A DNA stretch of 63,088 nucleotides, counting the filler, from Reticulomyxa filosa (Eukaryota > Protista > Foraminifera), in NCBI GenBank assembly GCA_000512085.1. It is 23 parts of 23 records of this genome, joined end to end, with 100 filler letters (N's around TTAATTAATTAA, not from the genome) between each part and the next. Parts side by side here need not be neighbours in the genome. Positions count along the whole stretch, not along the records: positions 10,217 to 11,520 come from ASPP01043541.1; positions 11,621 to 15,575 come from ASPP01008327.1; positions 15,676 to 19,890 come from ASPP01008361.1; positions 19,991 to 21,497 come from ASPP01016164.1; positions 21,598 to 23,259 come from ASPP01039493.1; positions 23,360 to 26,116 come from ASPP01001243.1; 17 more parts are not named here. The stretch is one strand, 5' to 3'. Positions 10,117-23,431 of this stretch are shown here, one piece after another. Position 1 is the stretch's first letter; every line of letters starts with the position of its first letter. A program made the translations under genes and the position numbers. The notes beneath the pieces are model-generated. The model saw only the letters and a list, made by a program, of their open reading frames with translations, made no database searches and was not told the origin of the DNA.

Positions 10117-12529
10117 NNNNNNNNNNNNNNNNNNNNNNNNNNNNNNNNNNNNNNNNNNNNTTAATTAATTAANNNNNNNNNNNNNNNNNNNNNNNNNNNN
10201 NNNNNNNNNNNNNNNNTATCATCATATGATATCGTTTTAGGCGTTCAGTTTCTTTGCAACATACTGTATAAAGCAAGACTACACATTATGCTTCCACTAC
10301 CAATTTTTGATGTTTTTATGATGAACGTCAGCTTCCATTTACTCATATATTCATGACTTCACAAAATTGTTTTGCAACTTTGAGCAAACTCCAGCACTGA
10401 CGCAACAGCTTAACAGCACGTCTTTTGTTAAAATTCTCAACTCTTTGCAATTTTCAAAAAAAAAATAAAAAACTCAAATATCGAACGACATCGGTCTAAA
10501 AAAAAAAGAAAAGAAAAATAAATGATAAAATATTGAAATAATTAGGAAAGATGTAAATTCAAAATGATATTTAAAAACTACACGATTTGTAGATATTTTT
10601 TAAAATAAAAATTAGGTCTGAATGTTGTTTTTTCATGAAGAAAATCAATCATCTATAAGATGCCATTTTAGGTGTCAATTTTACTTTGCATTCTACTGTA
10701 TTTGCCATGAAAACAGAAAATCTTTTTTTTCTTTGCTTTGTTGCATTTTTTATCATTACTATGCAAACTATTGGTGTTATCTTAAATTTGAGCTCATCGC
10801 GTTCTGCATTAATAAAGAAATTGATAAAATGTATGCAAATTACAATGATAATTACAATTCAAAAAACGTTGTAAAGTAGAATTGTATTCACTTTACTCTA
10901 TGCCATTTTTTTCTTAAATTAAATAAATATAGAGAGAAAAAAAGCTCATATTAATGACGCATCACCTTAAGAGACTTGAAAAAAAATTACCAACAATCAA
11001 ATTATCTTTGAATTCAATTCACTTTTATGTTAAATTGTAGAAATTTTAACAATATTTAAATTCAGTAATTAAAAATATTTTGATTTGAATAAGTTATCAA
11101 ATACGAGACTAAATCATATTTCTCTTGCAAATATTATTTACAGACATTCAACAAGCAAAAAGATTATGTTGATAATTTGATTATAATTGATACAAAACAC
11201 AAGTGTAAACTATTATCAATTATCCTTGTAACTGCTTCTCTTTCACGTTTAAATTATTGTTTTGAAAAAAATAAAAAAAATAACAAGAGATATTCAAATT
11301 AATTATTCATAAGTATTTCCTTTAGGATTCTTTGGAAGATTTTCCAAAAATATTTATTGTCGTGGTGAAAATATTCCAACAACGAGAGGAATAAATATAT
11401 GCAAAAATATGTGATTAACCATTTGATCAACTACACACAAGAATATCAAATTGCGGGTCCAAATGATTCATTTGAAACTTTTGTTGTTTTTTTATTTAAG
11501 TTTCAAATATTTTTGCAAAANNNNNNNNNNNNNNNNNNNNNNNNNNNNNNNNNNNNNNNNNNNNTTAATTAATTAANNNNNNNNNNNNNNNNNNNNNNNN
11601 NNNNNNNNNNNNNNNNNNNNTATAGTGCCATTTAGGTATGGCAGTTTTTTTTGCAATCTACTGTAGTTTGTGAATTAGTTGAAATGCATACCTTTTTGCT
11701 TGTTTTAATGCTTTTTAAAAATTAATTTTGTTAGTTGCTTCTATATTTAGTATTTTGATGTCATAAACAGGCTTTGAAGATTTGTATATACCTTCTCTGA
11801 TGTTAATTACTAATTTATTTGGCCTACACGCATTTAGTTCATGTGCTTTATCATAAGTATCGTTCCCGCCAATCTCGAAAGAATAAAGCTAATTGCTATT
11901 GGTCTGAGGCTGCTGTCCAGCTGTGCAATTGCGTGACAGCTGAGATAGCACGTTTCATTCTATTACCATTTGAATAACATTATGTCAATTTTTGCTTCTG
12001 TTTGGAAAAGCACAATTCAACCAAATGTTGAGCTAAAAAAAGGTCCACTCCATCTGCCAAAGTCATCCGGGCTTTTTGGTGCAGGGTCTAACCTTTCTAC
12101 TCGACAAATTTGTGCTCAATGATAGAGGGGAAGTTGAGTTAGTTGCTGGATCGTTGAACTAATTTTAATTTTAAAGATTGTTCTTCTGTTAAAGAACAGC
12201 TACACTATTGTAATTAATTCCAACCGATTGGCTTAAAAATAACGCATTAAACATCTTAAAAACCTCCAAATCCCGCAAGCTTCAAGCACTTTGTATAAAC
12301 TTGTACTTATCTTTCAGCCTTAGCTGTGTGGCTATAATTCTGCTAGTTAAATATGTATAAAAAAAAGACAAGATTTAAACCAAAGTTTTTAATTTCGTCA
12401 AGAATTACAAATGATTTATATAGCTTGTTTATGTTTTACTTGAATAGTTATTGCATCTACATTTTTAAAAATGTGTCATACACAAAAATTGGATTTGCAT
12501 GTCATTTTTTGTTGATTTAATATTTTTAT

Positions 12530-12860
12530 AATTTATTGTATGATGAAATCACTTTTATATTCTCTGGAATTTCCCGTAGCCCAACGTATGATTGCACACC
12601 AATTCGTTCAACTAACTAATTCTGGAGAATTATTGATCCCATCTAAGAATATTCATAACTATCGATTTTCTTACTTTTTCTCATTTTCCCATTTATCCAC
12701 GATTTGACAATGTTCCGAAGATCTCACTTTCCAAATGTATCATGTATATCGATGACCTTCAATGGAACATAATCTATTTTGGCCACATTTGATCAATAAT
12801 GTCTTTCCACAACCATTAAAATTATTGACCTTGTTCTTAAATATATATCAATTATTTTTA
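12530..12860 (-). pseudogene. Degenerate RNF213-like AAA+ module
   Basis: Minus strand gives GCGKTLLIK (Walker A, 12814-12800), VPLKVIDIH, a decayed Walker B (LDGINNSPEL) and EIPENIKVISSYN, in RNF213 order but with stops and frameshifts. It may extend upstream to about 14500. Confidence 0.55.
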
Positions 12861-14852
12861 ATATATTGTCATAAGTTAATACATAATGTCGAAACTCACC
12901 AACATTTATATTATTTTTGATTATCATTTCTGTATCTTTTTTTTCATTGGCTTGAATTTATTCCACTTTAATATTTGTATTTAGTATTTCTTTTGTGCCA
13001 AAATGCTGAATAATAACTATGTTCTTTTGTCTTTTTCTTCAATTATATAAACATCTTTGTATTGTCATCATCTTTTGCTTTTTTATTTCCCATACAAATG
13101 TTCGCAAAGTATATATGTACGTATACACAAACAATATCTGTTTTTCTTGCACATGTGCACACATACAAATAAATTACAGAAAAAACTTTTTGCTGTGTTT
13201 TAATCGCATCATGTCTGACTTTTATCTTTCAGTCGAGCTCAGGAATGTAAAACCCAAATCGCGAATTACTTGAAAGCAATGTTGAAACACAAGTTTTGTA
13301 TTATTGATCAGTGTTGAAATTGTACCTGTTCAGAAATAGATTGAGGCCAAAAAACAAAAATATATTAATACATATATCAAAAAGTACAATATCTACCGGA
13401 AATAAATTTAAACAAATTAAACAAACATGAATCATCGTGGTTGACTAAATACAAAAATCATTAGATTTTTGCCATGCACAAATAAAACTAGTCATGTCCT
13501 TGCATCTCTTCAAAATGCTTCGGTTTTGCGCGTTCCCTCTTTCGCACAATAGGCAGTAAAGATCCTTGCTTATTGCAATGACAGACTTGATGATTGTGTT
13601 TGAAACTCAGTGTCAATTGCTGGTTTTTTGTGTCTTTATTTCGTAAAGAAATAGATCTAGCCAAAGCAAATTGGTTAAATAGATATTTATAAAAGTAGTT
13701 TGATATAATGTAGAAGCTTGCTCAATTTTTGTACATTTCATTTTCATTACTTGAATCATATCTGCATGTTGCAGATCAGTAATTTCTTTCAAGTCACGAT
13801 ATGTATTTCTAATTTTATTTGTTATTTTTCAGTTTTTGATTTTGTATAAGACAATATACCAAATATTTTTTTGCAAACTGCAAATTTCCAACAAACGATT
13901 TTTTTATTCACTTGATCGCAAACTTTGCTTCTAGACCGAATACTTGCAATCGACATCATCTTCGACAAGAAAAGAAATACTACTATACCTTTGTTCGTTC
14001 TAGTTGCTTTTAGTAATATTCTCAATGTCTTTGTGAAGCTGTCTTCACACAATTCCAATTGACATCAGGTAAAATGTAAGCTATATATGTTGATAAATTA
14101 ACTACTTTCGTCAAACTTCATCTTGTCAATTATCTTCAACAAATTCAGTCGCAATAGCAGACCTAATCTTCGCAATCCACGTCCAAAGAAAAAACTTTGC
14201 AATACTTTTTACATATTCCAATGCATATTATGAAAAGAAAATAAGATCAGTCAAAAAACTAGACAAATGAACAAAAAAAAAAATTTTCACGTATATATCG
14301 TTTAAATTATTGTTATTGTTTGTTGGTTAAAAAACTTTAATTTGTAAGGGCAATGATCCTGTCTGTCTATGAAAATATCTGCTTTTTTTATTTGGCATCG
14401 ATTTATGCCACTCCAATTTTTGAGTACTATAGTCATTGATGCATTACAATCGAAATTGTTTGATCTGTTGCTGCACTTCATCTTGCGTAATGACACAAGT
14501 CATATACATTTATATGTTTTCTTCTCTACATACTATCTTACTTCTTTTCTTCCGTGCATGGTATTGTCTTGTTGCTAGTCGTCTAGATTGAAATTTAGAA
14601 TTAGACAATATAATATTTAATTGCTGTACATTACCATGTCACTTTCTTTTTAACGTTCAAAAATTTTCTGTCTCAAACATGTAGTAATATACTACTTTCT
14701 AAATAAGATTTTCTATTTTGTCAATTGAAACGCAAGTATAAATAGTGCCAGCAGTTATCTCTTTTGTGGCACCGTATCTATTTTTTTTTTAGGAAAAGGA
14801 ACACCTCATCTTCTTCGAATTATATATATTGAATTTCAATATTTTTGAAGAA

Positions 14853-15482
14853 ATGGAACTAGATTGGTCAATAGTCTATGAGAATGAGCGTTGGCTCTTG
14901 GTGAGCACATTATTTATATCTTTCCCTTCCCCCCCTCTAGAAAAAAGTGACACGAGGCACTCTACCTAAGACATAAGCGACAAACAAAAGATCAGATAAA
15001 TAAGAAAGTGGTATAGGAGGGGGGAGCGAAGTGGTAGCTCAAAGATCGAAAAAAAAAAAGGGGGTGGTGGGTAAAAAAAAAAAACAAAACAAACAGGACA
15101 AAAAGTGGACAGCATGTCCAAAGTTGATCGCAGATCCAGAGCATTTCACGGACATGAATTACCGAAAGTGCAGTGAGCCAGCAGCAATAACATTGCCACA
15201 CATCGAAGATCCGAAATATCGATGGGTGTGGTGCAATGAATGGGAAAGCCTGTCATGGCGCTATGCGATATCTTTCGCGCATTGTTGGCACGACAAGATG
15301 TCCCCGCAGCACTTTGTGAGACAGCGCGTATGGAGAAGAGCCCGCGTGCGACGAGTCAAAGAAGGCATCACAGAAGTGGAAGAAAGCGTGACGGAAAATC
15401 AGAGAAGGATCGCTCATCGTTGGGCCTCACCTTATTTTCCGGGGGATCCCCCTCATTATAGTGACGAAAGGGGGCGAAAAAA
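14853..15482 (+). CDS. Dysferlin/peroxin (DysF) domain protein, partial; exons 14853-14900 and 15097-~15482
   Basis: Spliced YENERW...W.W...W...WRYA....W.......VRQRVWRRAR is the DysF signature. A second repeat begins at TENQRR. GT-AG intron 14901-15096. Confidence 0.8.
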
Positions 15483-15542
15483 GTTTGTTTTTTATTATTA
15501 TTAATTTAAATCGCATCCCATTTCAAAGCTCTTAAAAAAAAA

Positions 15543-15575
<33 letters not shown>

Positions 15576-15870
15576 NNNNNNNNNNNNNNNNNNNNNNNNN
15601 NNNNNNNNNNNNNNNNNNNTTAATTAATTAANNNNNNNNNNNNNNNNNNNNNNNNNNNNNNNNNNNNNNNNNNNNAAAAAAAAAAAAAAAAAAAAAGTAA
15701 GGTTAGTGTTTTTTTTTTTTTTTTTGTAGAAACGATTTGATTTGTTTTGTTATAAAGGTATTTGTTAGCACGAATATGGCGGAGATAATATCACAAACGT
15801 CGGAAGGCGATAGGTTCGCAATCTGATAACTGATACATTTATCACTAACAAGGCGAAGACGCAGGCGAGC

Positions 15871-16476
15871 TTGAACACGAAACAATCGAAGCTGACCATA
15901 ACACTTGGCGATAGCACTCAAACGGCTGGGTATTCGGCAAGCAACGGCAACAATACAACTCCCGTTTCCACAACGACGTTGGCTTTGATCATTTGTGGAG
16001 TTCTCCTCGGCTGTTGCGTTGTCGTGTCTTGCTGCTTCTACTTTTCTAGACGCAATAGAAACAACAAGACACACCTAAACCATCCGAAACAAGTGCAACT
16101 TGGAAACCATATCGAACAGCAAGAAGGCAATGAAGGACAAGCGGAATCACCAACAATTGTAACAACGCAAATGAAAACAAATACAAACAATCGCAAAGTA
16201 CCAAGTCGACCTGTACCTTATTCGCAAAGTCCTGAAACTGCTGGTGATTACTATAATAATAATAACAATAATAAAGACAATGACAACAGACAACGGTTTG
16301 GATCATCTCCAAACAGTGAAGACAGCAGTAAAGAAGATTCAATGTACAAAAAACCATCTTCACTTCCTGAACAAGAAACAAGGCACACTTTTGGATTGAA
16401 GGTTGATGAAGAGCAAGCTGCTCCTGTTAAGGCTTCACCACCACCACCACCACCTCCTCGTGTCTATGGATTATAA
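15871..16476 (+). CDS. Type I membrane protein, C-terminal part (hypothetical)
   Basis: S/T-rich stalk, TM helix LALIICGVLLGCCVVVSCCFYF, basic stop-transfer RRNR, and a low-complexity tail with poly-Pro. Confidence 0.65.
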   Translation: MNTKQSKLTITLGDSTQTAGYSASNGNNTTPVSTTTLALIICGVLLGCCVVVSCCFYFSRRNRNNKTHLNHPKQVQLGNHIEQQEGNEGQAESPTIVTTQMKTNTNNRKVPSRPVPYSQSPETAGDYYNNNNNNKDNDNRQRFGSSPNSEDSSKEDSMYKKPSSLPEQETRHTFGLKVDEEQAAPVKASPPPPPPPRVYGL

Positions 16477-17075
16477 CTCCTTTTCTGAAGTGACAACTTG
16501 TACGACTAATTTTTTTTTTCTGGTCTTGTTGTAAAAAGTAGACAATAAAAGCTTTTTCATTAATTTTTTTTTTTTTTTTTGCTTCGGTTATATCTTTTTA
16601 ATGCAATGTTGTTTCCCATACAGCATTTTTTTCTTTATATATTTTCTCCCATCACAAAACTAGAGAGATAAAGAAAAAGAGCTGTACACATTGCTTGACA
16701 GTATTGTACTATTGCAAATTAAAAGAAAAATATAAAACTTTCAATTGAAAACGCAGTTCCTTTTTCAAATTAAAATAGTTACATCAAATAATCCCAAAAT
16801 GTAAGAAAAGCATTTTCAAGTTTTTAAAATTTGAAGAATATTCCAGTCCAAATATATTTTCTCAAAGACAAAAGCTTAAAATTACTTGAATGAACCAAAC
16901 GCAATATTATGTCTTGATCTTGGACGACTCAAAATGATTTAAACAAATAAGTTTTTAAATTTTTTATCCAAGGAAACTTAGTTCCGAAAAGTAATTTCAG
17001 GAAAAAAAAAGTAAATTAACGAAAATAATTGCAACACAATGAAAGGAAACAACTAAAGAACTAGACAAAGTGAGT

Positions 17076-17154
17076 TGTGTTTTAAGAAGGTTTAACCCAC
17101 ATGGGGTCCCACAGTTCCTTTATTCGAACTTGTATAATAGGGCTTTACCCTACA
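17076..17154 (-). repeat. Putative 3' LTR (start) of the gypsy element
   Basis: Minus strand TGTAGGG begins at 17154 immediately after the purine tract AGAGGGTGGAA. About 70 bp is similar to 23361-23431 on another contig. The distal end is uncertain. Confidence 0.55.
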
Positions 17155-19590
17155 TTCCACCCTCTGGACAACACATAGATACTCGTTTAGTGTTCCTCAA
17201 GCGTGGACTCATTGTTGTATTTGAATTTCTTTCGCACATGACTCCTTTACGTTCTACTGTTACAACTTCTTCAAAGTTGTTACATGATTCCAATGGTGGA
17301 GGTGGTGCGTTAGAGTTCTCCAAAGATGACAATGAATCATTTAAGTTCTCTAGTGGTGGAGGCGATGAATAAACGGTATCTAATTGTGGAACATCTTCAT
17401 TTGAATGTTTTTTGTCATCTTTTCTTGGTGTTTCGTCCTCCATATTCAGTTTTCGTACCTTTGATATGTGAACGATTTTTTGGAAATAATGTTCACTTTC
17501 GATTTTCAATGTCACTTGTCCAAGACATTGAATGACAGTGTATGGACCAACAAATTTTGGTAAAATCTTCGATTTGTTCCAGACTCTTTGATCATCGACA
17601 AACAATAACACTGAGTCGACCGAAAAATTGTCTTTATGATTATTCTTATTTTCGAACACTTTACGCTTTGCGTCATATGCTTTCTGCATCAATAATGTTT
17701 TTTCTAGTATAATAGTTAGTTGTTTTTGTAAAGTACGCTTGTACTTATGCAAGGTTTCAGGCTTGTTAGCAAATTTTTCTTCGATAAATTCAATTTGATA
17801 TCAATTGTTAAGTTGAACTTTTGTCCATATACTAATTCATGGAGGCTCAACTTCGACATTTTGTTTGGAGTGATATTGTAAGACGTCACAATTGCCGGTG
17901 AAATATGTGCAAGTCGCCGCAGTTTGTAAAGTCCAAATCACGATAGACACAAATAATAACCAGACGCTCCTTCAGGTAACCATGAAATCTCTCAATCATC
18001 CAATTCGTTTGAGGGTGATATGATGATTTGAACAATTGTTTTATTTTCATCATTTTTGGCATAGTGTATGCTATTCTGCATGTGAATTGTGTGCCATTGT
18101 CTGATAGGATTGTCTATGGTGTTCAATGTTCATATATCCACTCGTTCACGAAGGCAAGTGTTATTTCGATGGCTGTGTTCGTTTTAAGGGGAATGGCGGG
18201 CACTTAGCGTGTGAAGCGGTCCATTATAGTGAGTATATATTGGTATCAATTCTTTGTTTGTGGCAATGGACCTAAAATGCAAATACATACCATTTGAAAT
18301 GGTCTATCTGCGGGGAAATGCTGGACTTCTAACACGTTTTTATTGGGCACACTCTTTGCAGATTGGCAAGTAAAACAATAGCAGCAAAACTTTTTTACAT
18401 CATCACTGATTGTAGCAGCCATCCTTTGCGCTCCTTGGTGCTGTGATAATGTATGTCAATGAAATATATAATAATGGAATTTCTGATGGATTGTGGTACG
18501 ATAGGTTTATCACAATATGTTAATATACCCATTTTGTTTAAACCAATTTTATTTTGTTTGATTGAGTTTTTACAATTGACAGGTAAGTTATCATATGTAA
18601 GTATAAGTTTGTCTTGGTTGTTGAAATGACTTTTTATAGATAATATCAATTTATCGTTATTTTGGTAGTCGATGAAATTATTTTTTCAAACAAATCGTCA
18701 TAGTCATTGATCTCACTAATGATAATGAATGCATTTTGAATTTGAGATATAATATCATCCACATTTGTACTATTATTATTATATATCATGTTCGACCGTG
18801 TGACTACCAACAATCTATTTGTTGTCAATGATATTGTATGTCTGGATAAGAAATATGCAATAGTATTGTCGCGTCCAGGGAAATATATCGCTTCAAATGA
18901 AAACTCACTTAATATTAATGCCCATCTGGATAATCTGCTATTCGCGTTTTCCTGATAGTTTGAATAGTGATGCTAAATTTTTGTGGTCAGTATATGCGAT
19001 GAATTTCCGAAGAAGTAAGTGATGTCTACATTTTTGTATTGCATATACCAAAGCATACAATTCTTTCTATGATGTGTGCCAATTTAATTGGTGAGGGTTA
19101 AATTGTTTTGAAACAAACTCTATATGTATCAATATGTCATCGTGATTTTGCAGTAATGCTGCTCCAATTGCCTCGTTTGAAGCATCGCATTGTACAATGA
19201 AACCTTCGTTTTGCTTTGGAATGTCGTAGCAATTGGGTATTTGCTATTGAGTCTTTAATTGTTTGAAAGCATGTCCATGCATATCTGTCCAATTTCATTT
19301 TGTTTGTTTCCTTTAAAGCTTGTTTAACTCATTTGTCAATGCAGCTATGTTTGGAATGAAACGCGATATCAATTGCTTTTTAGTCTTTGGCTTTTGTATG
19401 CTCAATACTTTGTTAATGTATTTCGGTTTTGCAGAGGATATCACTTGCATCAAGGAGATTAATTCGTGTTTGAAGAACTCGCATTTATCAATAGCACTAC
19501 GTATATTGTATTTATTGGATATACTAAATACATTGGATAGCACCTCCAGATGCTTTTCTTCAGTTTTTTGTAGAATGATCGAACATCATG
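17150..19590 (-). mobile_element. Degenerate Ty3/gypsy LTR retrotransposon pol (RT 3' part, RNase H, integrase)
   Basis: Domain order RT (IDKCEFFK), RNase H (VQCDASNEAIGAALLQ, YTDHKNL, SRWALILSEF..YFPGRDN), integrase (HPQTNWMIERFH) and GPY/F module (FVGPYTV). Many stops and frameshifts. Confidence 0.9.
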
Positions 19591-19990
19591 CGTGTGCTAC
19601 TAAGAATGCTGACGTACTTGGTCAATAAATGTTGGAATTTATTTGCAATGCTATCATTAACTGAACATATCGATGCTCTGGTATCTACCATAAGACTTAA
19701 TAACAAATTTTAGATTGAATGAATTGAAATGAAAATTAAAATAAACTTTTGTCAATGTCTTTTCACTAAAAAAAAATTGATAAATAAAAAAATTTCATTC
19801 ACATATTTATCAGAGATTCATAATTGACAAGTCGATTTGTGCGTAGTAATTTACTTTTTTTAAAATAGAAAGTCTTTTTTACTCAAATTTNNNNNNNNNN
19901 NNNNNNNNNNNNNNNNNNNNNNNNNNNNNNNNNNTTAATTAATTAANNNNNNNNNNNNNNNNNNNNNNNNNNNNNNNNNNNNNNNNNNNN

Positions 19991-21400
19991 GGATGATGCT
20001 TGCGCTGATAGGGTTGGACGTCTTCAGTTGTAGTACATTGGGATACGCTTTGGCCTGGATTGGGAGAGGCGTCAATTTCAACTTCTCGAGGATGTGATGC
20101 TCCAATTTTTTACGCAAATGAAACTGCTCAAATGCCACCAATGGAGGCAAGTGGTCGTCGACGCTGTGGATGTAACTCTGATTTAGGATCGGGGCTGAGG
20201 CTGGAGTTGATAGAACTGATGCATTTGCTTTGTCCATCTTCGACTCGCCTTTGGCGTCTGGTTTTGTGCTCGGTCTTCTCTTCATTCCTCCACGCTTTTT
20301 CTGTTGTGTGCTCGTTGCTTTTTTTTCACTTTGCGCAGCTTCTTCTTTTGGACTTTCGCTTGTGTTGTTCGTGCCTTTTAATAGACCTTCTAGGGATACT
20401 GCTTCTTTTGGCACAGCTTTGGGAGGGTCAGTTATTGCCTGATTTTTCTGGTTCGAGGGCGAGATATTCATACGCATACCTACATGCCATAGAGGAGATA
20501 TCCGAAATTGAAACACTCGTTTTTGTTTATAAAATTGATTTCGCAACATCATATGGCCCTGCTCGATGTGCACTGATTAAGCCTTTTGAGGGGAGAAGGT
20601 TCTCCGCTTGTACTTGTCTAAAAAGTGTAGATACAGTCCATTAATTTTTGTTTTGAAAAAGATAGCACGTTTTTTTGAAGAATACAGAACAACAGGTTAA
20701 AAAATTGACTTTGTATTGTAGACGAATAATCACCAGTACAAAAGCAAATCCACCTTTTTGAATTACCGACAAATTTAATATCCAGACATAATAATAACTT
20801 TTAAAAAAATACACTAAAAGCACAAAATGTTTGTATATTTGATAATTTATTCACTCCATTTTATTCAAGGGTTTTCCTTGTACAACTGCAATGATGACAC
20901 CAGTCATCCGGTAAAATATCTGTCTGTTGTAGAAATGTAATCCTTAACAATTGAATTTTCCTTGATGCTTCGATAGCTATGCTGAAATTGATTTATTTCT
21001 TTTTCTTGTGGACAATACGGACTGGTGCGTCAATCAAATGCCTTATGAACGCAGTAAAAACAAAGCGCAGAAGGTACTACATAAAAAAAATCTCTCTCAT
21101 CATCCATCATCCAAAAAAAGAAAAATGGATGGTGTCCCGGCTGAAATGCGTCATGCTGTATTTGCAGCTGTAGTGTATAATCAGCAACTATTGGTGGAAA
21201 GGTAAGGTTATTGCAACAAACATTGGTTTAAGAAACTGTGTTGTAATGAATAACGTAATCCAGGTCTCACCGACTAGCACAGCAGCGGCTCGACTACTAC
21301 TCAAGAGTTGCGCACCAGAAGCAAGACGAGCAAGACGGCTTGTATACCTGGAAGAAGGAATCAACACCTCCGGTATCGTGTATGTGTGTACGAATGGCCA
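19991..21400 (-). CDS. Multi-exon hypothetical protein fragment
   Basis: Several open exon-like segments on the minus strand (YLLRFVFTAFIRHLID..., and ORF 19991-20573) separated by AT-rich stretches. No family recognised. Confidence 0.4.
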
Positions 21401-21597
21401 TAAATCCAAGGGAGGAGGAGGAGGAGAGAAGGGAGGGGAGGAAGGAGAAAAAAAAAAGGAGAGAAATTTCTGACCCTCCCCTTTTTTTTTTTTTTTTNNN
21501 NNNNNNNNNNNNNNNNNNNNNNNNNNNNNNNNNNNNNNNNNTTAATTAATTAANNNNNNNNNNNNNNNNNNNNNNNNNNNNNNNNNNNNNNNNNNNN

Positions 21598-22769
21598 ATA
21601 TTATTATGACAACAATAAAAAAAACAAAGTTAACTTTGCATTGCTACATGATATCACAGACGTTTGAACAGCAACTTATAATATTTGCATGTGTAATCGA
21701 GCATTCACTTAATGTTACCATCACAATAGATTTGTTCGATGTTAATATCAATGTTTGGAGAATGTTTGAGCGAATGATTGCAATATTTGGAGTAGTTTTG
21801 GAAATTATTAGAAGATGTGGCAATTTGTTGAGATATGGAGTTTGCAATAATATCCTGTTTTGTCCACTCGTGCAGAAATTGGCTGTGCAAGTGTAATTAT
21901 AGGACAAGCATTTGGAAAGAGCGCTTCTTTGCGCAAAGATGATGTGCATCACGACTGACTCATTCGTCATGTGCGTTATGCTCCATTCATCATACTTGCG
22001 CCAATAGCGCTTCATTCAAAGGCATGAGCCTATAATTGTGGATGACGACTGACTTTCAGTCACACTTCGTACCAGCAGTTGCAGCCGGTCGGGCAATGTG
22101 TTAAAGTCGTCGTTGTCCACGTCCACTTGCCACACTCCAACTTCGCCATTGGTAATAAAATGCTGTTTTGTTTTTTTAAAATTTTTGTTTAAATCAAATC
22201 CATCGTATATACAATCCATTCTCTGCACTCCTTTTTTATTGACAAATTTTTTTTTATGAACATATTTTTTTTGTATGAACACAATTTTTTTTTTTGTATG
22301 TATATATTTTTTTCGTTTGATCTTTCTATCACTGTGCTTACCTGTATGACATTGTGAATTTGAAAAAAATCGAAGAGGTACCCGAAGTTGATTGTAACAT
22401 AATCATTGCCGTCATTTTGATATGTGCAATCTTCTCACAATTGGTCAACAGCGTGCTAGGGGGAAAACGTATAATTTCGTTTTCTAATACCATCGACCCC
22501 TCGTTGAAAATTCCCACAAATGATAAGATTGCCAATTTGTAACTTTGTGAGTATTGTGCACATTTCAATGTCTTTGACATCCGCACGTAGCTGATGTAAT
22601 AGCTGATCAATTTATTCAATGGTGTTGCCAACATGTCCATATTGTTGTGGTGATTTGAATACGTTTGTTCTTTCGTCAAGTTTTTGCTTGAGTTGGATGT
22701 ATTCGCACTCGACACAACTAGGAGTGCATTTAATACATGCATTGCCACCAGTATCAACGAGAATTTCAT
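21598..22769 (-). CDS. Hypothetical secreted protein, multi-exon, 5' part
   Basis: MKFSLILVAMHVLNALLVVSSA resembles a signal peptide. Exon-like ORFs continue on the minus strand to the contig edge. Confidence 0.4.
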
Positions 22770-23359
22770 GCTGTCGTCAAAATAACCAAGTTCTTCACTC
22801 GATCTTTTTTACTCCGTTTGTACCCTCTCTTACGTGGCACTCTGAAATTGAAAGACATCAAATGCTAAAAACAAAAAAATTTTCAGAAAATGCTTTCAAA
22901 ATCAAAAATATTAATCAATTTTCTTTTTTTTTTGAAAAGCTGAGTTTTTGTGAATATATTTGCACAAATTCAAAATAAATATGAAGTTAGCGAAGTTTGG
23001 AATAGTCATCCGTGCCTTTTTCCAAAGCTAAAAGGAAAAATCACAAACAAGATTGGGCTAATTTCTAATTGTTGCTATAGATTGCTTCATCACACAAGAT
23101 AAAAAGCAAGAAGCAGCAAAAGTCAGTAAGAATAAAAATTGAAATATTCTTAAAAATCTATACCATAATTACCAAAAACAAATTGTCGACCAAAAGATTC
23201 ACGACAAAAAGATATCAAATGACCTGGCCAATGTTTTTTGTTTTCCAAGATTAATCATTNNNNNNNNNNNNNNNNNNNNNNNNNNNNNNNNNNNNNNNNN
23301 NNNTTAATTAATTAANNNNNNNNNNNNNNNNNNNNNNNNNNNNNNNNNNNNNNNNNNNN

Positions 23360-23431
23360 GGAGGTTTAACCCAAAGGGAGCTCCTCAGTTCCATAAGCGT
23401 TCAGCCATGTGTGATAAGGGCTTGCCCTACA
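23360..23431 (-). repeat. LTR fragment related to 17088-17154
   Basis: Shares AGGTTTAACCCA...CAGTTCC...AGGGCTT.CCCTACA with the gypsy LTR. Similarity stops at the TGTAGGG terminus. Confidence 0.6.

Noticed and set aside
11900-12160. GC-richer island with palindrome CAGCTG..CAGCTG and a T-run, possible Pol III ncRNA
   Set aside because: No tRNA, snRNA, SRP or ribozyme motif could be matched by eye; it would need an Infernal/Rfam scan.
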